Below, in pieces: positions 26,458 through 31,504 of a stretch of DNA of 31,504 bases. How positions within the stretch are numbered: the first letter of the stretch is position 1; every line of letters begins with the position of its first letter. The translations under genes and the position numbers were made by a program. The notes under the pieces are model-generated. The model was not told where the DNA came from. It made no database searches and was given only the letters and a program-made list of their open reading frames with translations. Source of the stretch: a virus. Lineage: Duplodnaviria; Caudoviricetes. The stretch covers positions 1 through 31,504 of the IMG/VR virus record IMGVR_UViG_3300032257_000079; one strand, given 5' to 3'.

Positions 26458-28002
26458 ATGACAGTCAACACATTCACGCAGCCCGACAACACCGCGCAAT
26501 CGGGTGCGGCTTATAAAACCAATCTGGATGCCGGAATTGCCGTCCATCAAATCCTTGCCGGTGCCTTTGCCCCGCATCAACAGACAACAGCCGACATGAC
26601 GGTGGCCGTTGATGCCGGGGTTATTTTCAACGTCGATACCGACACCCGGATCGCTGTTGCGGCTCAGAATACGGCCACCTTGACCGCGCCCGCTACCAAC
26701 CCGCGCAACGATATTATCTACATCGATGAAACGACGGGTGCGGTCGCTGTGGCCACCGGTACCGAAGCCGCCAGTCCGTCTGATCCGGCCATCCCGGCTA
26801 GTAAAATCCCCATCGCCAAAATCGCGTTGACGGTCGGCATGACTGAAATCACCAACGCCGATCTGATCGATTACAGGACCGGGGTATTCACCGGCTGGCT
26901 GAAGCCGGACGGCGACGGTTCGGGCTTGTCAGGGATCGGTGTTGCCGATCAGGTGGCCCGTGATAATACAATTCTTAACGCTTTTGAAATCGCCCGCATT
27001 GACGGGCTGGCAACCAAAGGCATGGTCAACACGGTGATCGATACTTTTAATGATGCCGCTGGAATTTCGGCACTTGGCGGTGCAACGCACGATACGACGA
27101 ATTATTTGTTGACAAATGGCAGTGCCGGTTCTGGTGTTGGGGCTTCATCAAAATGGCAAGGGCAAACGTCAGCGTTTACATTCAGCGCGGATGATATCAC
27201 CGGCCAAAGTGTAGCAGATAGGGCTATTTATTCTGTTGATGCGTTATCAGGTGTCAGCGATGTTTATTTCACTATTACAGACATAACGAACGTTAGCCAA
27301 GTTTTTGGTCTATTTGCTACTGATGAGGTTGGTTCACTTGCTTTAACTGCAACAGCCTCAAATGACGGTTTTGGTATGAATACCATGACTAATTCATGGT
27401 GGATGCATTACGGTGAAACTGCCGTAATTAGTGATATTAAGTTTGGCGGAACAAGTGTTTCAACAACTGGCAGTTTTACTGAAGGCTCAAGCATTATTCA
27501 TTTAAAGGTAGCCTCAGACGGAACTGTTACAATATATGATGGTGCAACACTTTTTTATACATTCACCGATAAAGTTCCAGCAGGTAAATCTTTATATTTT
27601 CTTACTGGCACCAATGCGGCGACCCCTGGAATTACTTTTTCTAATTGGGCGTGGTCCTGGACGGCAGCGCCTGTCAACGTAACCCCGCAATCAAATTCAT
27701 TTACAGCTGGTGCGGCACCTGCGACCTTGCGGCCAATCCTTGATGTCGAAGAAATTGACACCATCACCATCAACACCGATGTGCTGGCGAAAGTATCCCG
27801 TGACGGTGGAACAACCTGGTCAACGGCGACGCTGGCGCAAATATCCGCCGTATCCGGGAACCGCAAAGTCTGGGCCGCCGACGTCGATGTGTCCGGACAA
27901 CCGACGGGGACAGCCGTCCGCATCCGCGTGGACACAGCCAACACCAAAGAAATAAAAATGCATCAGTGGGCCATTCAGGCCGATCAATCTTTGACAATTT
28001 AA
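26458..28002 (+). CDS. Tail fibre / receptor-binding protein
   Basis: Thr/Ala/Gly-rich beta protein after gpJ; PATNPRNDIIY, SRDGGTTWS motifs; AT-rich central segment. Confidence 0.75.
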   Translation: MTVNTFTQPDNTAQSGAAYKTNLDAGIAVHQILAGAFAPHQQTTADMTVAVDAGVIFNVDTDTRIAVAAQNTATLTAPATNPRNDIIYIDETTGAVAVATGTEAASPSDPAIPASKIPIAKIALTVGMTEITNADLIDYRTGVFTGWLKPDGDGSGLSGIGVADQVARDNTILNAFEIARIDGLATKGMVNTVIDTFNDAAGISALGGATHDTTNYLLTNGSAGSGVGASSKWQGQTSAFTFSADDITGQSVADRAIYSVDALSGVSDVYFTITDITNVSQVFGLFATDEVGSLALTATASNDGFGMNTMTNSWWMHYGETAVISDIKFGGTSVSTTGSFTEGSSIIHLKVASDGTVTIYDGATLFYTFTDKVPAGKSLYFLTGTNAATPGITFSNWAWSWTAAPVNVTPQSNSFTAGAAPATLRPILDVEEIDTITINTDVLAKVSRDGGTTWSTATLAQISAVSGNRKVWAADVDVSGQPTGTAVRIRVDTANTKEIKMHQWAIQADQSLTI

Positions 28003-28016
28003 ACGGGGGAATTTCC

Positions 28017-28247
28017 ATGCCACGGGTTGTTGAAAACCAAGAAAATGAAACATATCGTCAAAAACGCGCGCGGGATTATCCACGTGTTGGTGAGCAACTG
28101 GACGCCATTCTAAAAGGCTTTAATCAGTTGCGATTGGGTGGCGCTAATCTGCCAGCCGACCTTGATGACGTCATCGGTAAATGGTTGGCCGTCAAAGCCA
28201 AACATCCAAAGCCGGTAAAAACCGCAAAACGCGGGGGTAAAAAATAA
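28017..28247 (+). CDS. Small fibre-associated protein (possible assembly chaperone)
   Basis: GGGGG RBS; YRQKRARDYPRVGEQLDAI...VKAKHPKP motif typical of genes after fibres. Confidence 0.7.
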   Translation: MPRVVENQENETYRQKRARDYPRVGEQLDAILKGFNQLRLGGANLPADLDDVIGKWLAVKAKHPKPVKTAKRGGKK

Positions 28248-28447
28248 TGGTCGAAAAAAAATCATATCAAGACGGCATTGTTGAGGGCGAGATTAAAGCT
28301 GTTACTGCCATGGTTGCAGATAATAAAGGCCGTTTAGATAATCATAGTCAACGGTTGCGCATCCTTGAGCGACTTGTATGGATCGTTTTTGGCGGCGGTA
28401 TGGTCATAAATTTCTGGCCGCAAATCAAACTTTTTTTGGGGAACTGA
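28247..28447 (+). CDS. Small coiled-coil plus TM protein (holin/antiholin-like)
   Basis: RLDNHSQRLRILERLVWIVFGGGMVINFW; directly upstream of the endolysin. Confidence 0.6.
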   Translation: MVEKKSYQDGIVEGEIKAVTAMVADNKGRLDNHSQRLRILERLVWIVFGGGMVINFWPQIKLFLGN

Positions 28448-28448
28448 C

Positions 28449-28862
28449 ATGGTTGACTGGGACAAATTAAAAGATGATCTAATCCGGGATGAGGGTCTAA
28501 AAAATACCGCCTACACCGACAGCGAAGGGGTGATCACCATCGGCATAGGTCGCAACATCGGCACCCGCCCGTTATCAAAAACAGAAATCGACTATCTGTT
28601 TGAAAATGACACCGGCTGGGTCCGCGTCGAACTGGATAATAACGCAAAATGGTGGCGTGATTTGCCCGAAGCCCCCGCCCGCGCGCTGGTCAACATGTGC
28701 TTTAATTTAGGCTGGCCGCGTTTATCCAAATTCAAAAACATGCTGGCATCATTAAAATCCGGTGATTTCAATGCCGCCGCCAACCATGCCCTTGATAGCC
28801 GCTGGGCGACACAGGTCGGCGCGCGGGCAACCCGTGTGTCCGATTTGATGCGGGAGGGTTGA
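28449..28862 (+). CDS. Endolysin, T4-type lysozyme (GH24)
   Basis: E-x8-D-x5-T triad in DEGLKNTAYTDSEGVITIGIGRN; ALVNMCFNLG; DSRWATQVGARA. Confidence 0.93.
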   Translation: MVDWDKLKDDLIRDEGLKNTAYTDSEGVITIGIGRNIGTRPLSKTEIDYLFENDTGWVRVELDNNAKWWRDLPEAPARALVNMCFNLGWPRLSKFKNMLASLKSGDFNAAANHALDSRWATQVGARATRVSDLMREG

Positions 28863-28864
28863 TT

Positions 28865-29179
28865 ATGGCACGATCCGGAAAATTTTTACGGAAAGTCCAA
28901 GGTGGGTATATGCACCAATGCCCGGGCTGTGACGAAATGCATGTCATATATACTGACCATAAAAACCCTAATCATAACTGGGAATTCAATGGTGATCTTG
29001 AAAAGCCGACATTTAACCCCAGCGTGAAAAATACTATTCCCGAATGTACGGACCCTGATTTTAAATCCGATAGAACGTGTTGCCATTATTTTATCCGTGA
29101 TGGGATGATCGAATTTTGCTCTGACAGCACACACGCACTGTCTGGACAAAAAGTGAAACTGCCAGAATTTTCAAAATAG
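28865..29179 (+). CDS. DUF6527-like protein
   Basis: CPGCDEMH...WEFNGDLEKPTFNPSV...CHYFIRDGMIEFCSDSTHALSG; GGGAGGG RBS. Confidence 0.75.
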   Translation: MARSGKFLRKVQGGYMHQCPGCDEMHVIYTDHKNPNHNWEFNGDLEKPTFNPSVKNTIPECTDPDFKSDRTCCHYFIRDGMIEFCSDSTHALSGQKVKLPEFSK

Positions 29180-29189
29180 GGAATAAATC

Positions 29190-29687
29190 ATGGACGACTT
29201 TTTAAAAGTTTTAGGGAAATTATCACCCACCATCGGCACGGCATTGGGTGGCCCGGTCGGCGGTGCGTTGGGTTTGGGCGTTAAAACATTGGTGGCAACG
29301 ATCACCGGCGAAGACGATGCTGATAAAGCGTTGGAATTATTGAAGGCAAACCCTGAATTGATGTCGCAACTTGAAATGCGTATCCGCGAGATTGAACTGG
29401 AAACGTTACGCGTTCATGCCAATGACCGCGACAGCGCCCGTAAACGTCAAATGATCGTCAAAGACAAAACACCGGCGGTGCTGGCCGTCCTGACCTTGGC
29501 GTCATTCTTTGGCTATATCGGTGTGGTGACGTTCCTGCCCAGCGGCGTCATCGATGGCCGCATGGACTTTATCAATCTGGCCGTTGGCTGGTTGGGTGGT
29601 TCCGCCACATCCGTGGTCGCGTACTATTTTGGATCCAGCGCCGGATCCCGTGGCAAAGATGGGTTGCTGGCAAAGATGAAAAGTTAA
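29190..29687 (+). CDS. Holin-like membrane protein
   Basis: PTIGTALGGPVGGALG, DRDSARKRQ, two C-terminal TM segments, YYFGSSAGS. Confidence 0.8.
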   Translation: MDDFLKVLGKLSPTIGTALGGPVGGALGLGVKTLVATITGEDDADKALELLKANPELMSQLEMRIREIELETLRVHANDRDSARKRQMIVKDKTPAVLAVLTLASFFGYIGVVTFLPSGVIDGRMDFINLAVGWLGGSATSVVAYYFGSSAGSRGKDGLLAKMKS

Positions 29688-30190
29688 TTTTCAGCGGCTT
29701 CAAATGAATCTTGCGTGTAAATTTCAAAAGATGATGCGGCTCGTTTTAACAAATCATCAACATCAAACCCGTCCGGGTCGTCAATCCACATCGCCACGGC
29801 AAGCGATTCTATTCCGGCATCAACTTCGATGCTGTCAGGCATCGACTGGGCAATATCTGGATCAGCAACGACAGCAATAAATCGCGGTCGCCATAAATGG
29901 ATGACTAATTCGCTATCTTTGTCTGACAGCGCATCGGATGCGACGACAAATTCCGGCACGATTTTTTTCATAGTCTCATCCAGCGCCCCTTGTGCGAGGT
30001 AGGTCAAGGCTAAGGCCGCAGGGCCGGTGATAGGTTTGTGTGATTTGTGGTCTTGCGATTGCTCCCATCCGCGCACAGTGCGCCCGACGTCGCCCCCGCG
30101 TAGACCGAGCGCTTTCCCTAGTTCTGTTTGTGTCATTGACAGATTTCTGCGCATTTCACGAACTTGGTCGGGGTCAAGTTTATTGTTCAT
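29684..30190 (-). CDS. XRE HTH regulator with additional acidic C-terminal domain
   Basis: PDQVREMRRNLSMTQTELGKALGL...RTVRGWEQ...ITGPAALAL HTH; C-terminal HLWRPRFIAVV domain. Confidence 0.8.
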   Translation of the reverse strand: MNNKLDPDQVREMRRNLSMTQTELGKALGLRGGDVGRTVRGWEQSQDHKSHKPITGPAALALTYLAQGALDETMKKIVPEFVVASDALSDKDSELVIHLWRPRFIAVVADPDIAQSMPDSIEVDAGIESLAVAMWIDDPDGFDVDDLLKRAASSFEIYTQDSFEAAEN

Positions 30191-30191
30191 T

Positions 30192-30593
30192 TTAAAAGCC
30201 TTTTAATAAATTGCGATCATCCCGGATAGCCCGGTTGGCGTCGCCGCGCCTATGTTTTTCGTCAGCTGCTTCGCCTCTTAGGGCTTCATTAGTCCATGCT
30301 TTGCGCATGGTGCCGTTGCGGTAAACGTTGCGGCCTTTACGGCGGGTTTTCTGGCCGGGTGTTAGCGCGTCATGGCCTTCGCTGTCAATAATCTCGAGAC
30401 TAAAGGTATGTTGTTGTTTATCAGCGCCGTAGCTGTCTTTGACAACTAAAGCGCGGACGGTGCGGTCGCCCATAAATTTAGGGCGGCGATGGGATCCGCC
30501 AAAAACGGCTTCTGTAAATTCGATTTGATCACCCGTAACGACATCACCTGTGCAATCAATGGTATATGTGGATTTGTGTGTGGAATTTAACAT
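30192..30593 (-). CDS. Conserved hypothetical protein resembling a plant SAP-associated domain (DUF7699-like)
   Basis: AAGGA RBS; CTGDVVTGD...VKDSYGADKQQHTFSLE...KGRNVYR...W..E..R....EKH.RG motif string. Confidence 0.7.
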   Translation of the reverse strand: MLNSTHKSTYTIDCTGDVVTGDQIEFTEAVFGGSHRRPKFMGDRTVRALVVKDSYGADKQQHTFSLEIIDSEGHDALTPGQKTRRKGRNVYRNGTMRKAWTNEALRGEAADEKHRRGDANRAIRDDRNLLKGF

Positions 30594-30614
30594 TTTGGTT
30601 TATCCTTTTCTGGC

Positions 30615-30670
30615 GGGGCGTTGCCCCTTGTTGATGTAACCAATATAGGAAATTATTTCCTATATGTCAA
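30615..30670 (-). promoter_or_regulatory. Strong promoter with overlapping palindromic operator and 5' UTR hairpin
   Basis: TTGACA (30670-30665), 17 nt, TATATT (30647-30642); perfect 11-bp inverted repeat ATATAGGAAAT-T-ATTTCCTATAT (30643-30665); GGGGCAACGCCCC hairpin before the RBS. Confidence 0.85.
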
Positions 30671-30689
30671 CAAGAAAAATCAATTTTTT

Positions 30690-31232
30690 TTATTTATTTT
30701 CACGCCGCCATTTTTCCGGGTTTATAAATTCCCCGGACCATATCCCCAGCCCTTCGGCTTTGGCCGCATCTTCGGCGGGCACGTATCGTTTAGAATAACG
30801 CCGGTACGCCACCGCCATCCCTTCCCTGACCATCACCCGTCCGACGTCTTCGCCACCCGACAGGCACACGGATATGGCCCTTTTATAGCGGTCTCTAGTC
30901 ACAACTTGGCAAGTGACGTGTTTGCCGTTGATCATCGCCTTTAACCGATCGGCTGCAACCTGACCACACGGCCAATCGTTGTCGTCCTGATCTTTGCACA
31001 TTTGCTTCCATTCCGGCGCATCGATACCCGATACGCGGACCTCAATCCCCTGACGTGAACAACGCCCGTTCTTCTTCGGCCCATCCGGACCAATCACCAA
31101 ACTGTCGCCATCGATCGCACACGCCTGACCGGATATCGTCGCAGGCTTAGTTTGGGCCAGTGTGGTTGTTGAAAACAGGTTGATTACCAGAATAAGAACG
31201 ATTGCTGAACATCTTCCCCTCGTTTTCCCCAC
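30690..31232 (-). CDS. Secreted thermonuclease (SNase-like); start uncertain (GTG 31232 or ATG 31265)
   Basis: Signal-like AIVLILVINLFSTTTLA; IDGDSL, VRVSGIDAPE, DRYKRAISVC, MVREGMAVAY, AEDAAKAEGLGIWSG. Confidence 0.88.
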   Translation of the reverse strand: MGKTRGRCSAIVLILVINLFSTTTLAQTKPATISGQACAIDGDSLVIGPDGPKKNGRCSRQGIEVRVSGIDAPEWKQMCKDQDDNDWPCGQVAADRLKAMINGKHVTCQVVTRDRYKRAISVCLSGGEDVGRVMVREGMAVAYRRYSKRYVPAEDAAKAEGLGIWSGEFINPEKWRRENK

Positions 31233-31303
31233 ATTTCCCCACGGTTTCACTGTTTGTTCCTGCATTATGCTGCATTCTCCTGCAATTCTTATAAATTGAT
31301 GTC

Positions 31304-31339
31304 TTGTCAAAAGGCAAGGGGGGACTTACATTCCGCACC
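31304..31339 (+). promoter_or_regulatory. Stable-RNA-type promoter for tRNA-Ser
   Basis: TTGTCA 31304-31309, 17 nt, TACATT 31327-31332, GC-rich discriminator CCGCACC. Confidence 0.7.
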
Positions 31340-31342
31340 AAC

Positions 31343-31432
31343 GGAGAGGTGGCCGAGTGGCTGAAGGCGCTCCCCTGCTAAGGGAGTATATGGGAAACCG
31401 TATCGAGGGTTCGAATCCCTCTCTCTCCGCCA
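31343..31432 (+). tRNA. tRNA-Ser(GCT)
   Basis: GGAGAGG/TCTCTCC acceptor stem, CTCCC-CTGCTAA-GGGAG anticodon arm, long variable arm, GGTTCGAATCC, encoded CCA. Confidence 0.97.
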
Positions 31433-31439
31433 TTATCAA

Positions 31440-31463
31440 GCCCCGCCTTTGGCGGGGTTTTCT
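31440..31463 (+). terminator. Intrinsic terminator after tRNA-Ser
   Basis: GCCCCGCC-TTT-GGCGGGGT hairpin followed by TTTCT. Confidence 0.8.
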
Positions 31464-31504
31464 AATGGTTGGATGGGATTAGATTTGAACCCTTGGTTCG
31501 GGAG

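Larger units (their letters stand above)
1..31342. mobile_element. Lambda-like temperate prophage (siphovirus, cos-type); left part including integrase lies outside the window
   Basis: Contiguous repressor/cro, replication, terminase (Nu1/GpA-like), lambda portal, capsid, tail and lysis modules ending next to a tRNA gene; exact right boundary not determinable without the other att site. Confidence 0.95.

Noticed and set aside
11112-27955. Numerous 60-180 codon alternative-frame ORFs inside terminase, portal, capsid and tail genes
   Set aside because: Fully nested in well-supported genes, no RBS or recognisable motifs; expected shadows
26458-28002. Diversity-generating retroelement or invertible fibre cassette
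   Set aside because: No reverse transcriptase, invertase or second copy of any fibre segment seen in the window
30621-30944. 107-codon + ORF antisense to the thermonuclease
   Set aside because: TTG start inside a promoter region, stops mid-gene, not coupled; shadow
31147-31212. Out-of-frame ATG with GAGGGG suggesting a frameshifted nuclease pseudogene
   Set aside because: An in-frame GTG at 31232 gives a normal basic-plus-hydrophobic signal peptide, so no frameshift is needed
31482-31504. GATTTGAACCCTTGGTTCG, tRNA T-arm-like fragment
   Set aside because: Too short and cut by the window edge to call a tRNA, att site or repeat

Overview
The window is almost entirely a lambda-like (cos-type, siphovirus) temperate prophage, probably from an alphaproteobacterium (inferred from gene families). 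Left to right: part of the leftward early operon; a cI/cro switch with shared operators; a rightward early operon with a DNA methyltransferase, primase, SF3 helicase and an iteron/IHF origin-like region; a late regulator with a pR'/tR'-like unit; a cos-like site; terminase, portal and a protease-capsid fusion; tail genes with a -1 frameshift; a mosaic tail fibre; a lysis cassette; right-end cargo; and a complete tRNA-Ser(GCT). The integrase is not in the window. Four observations stand out. (1) Antisense cargo genes (hicAB, a gene next to cro, a gene at the left edge, and partly imm) are overlaid by in-register open frames that are stop/start-coupled to the surrounding operon, which suggests 'bridging' ORFs. 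(2) An autoregulated two-gene cassette with acr-aca-like architecture has a first gene resembling a plant SAP-associated domain. (3) A DUF6527-like putative peptidase sits inside the lysis cassette. (4) The prophage abuts the 5' rather than the 3' end of tRNA-Ser. All family assignments come from motif recognition by eye, not database searches.
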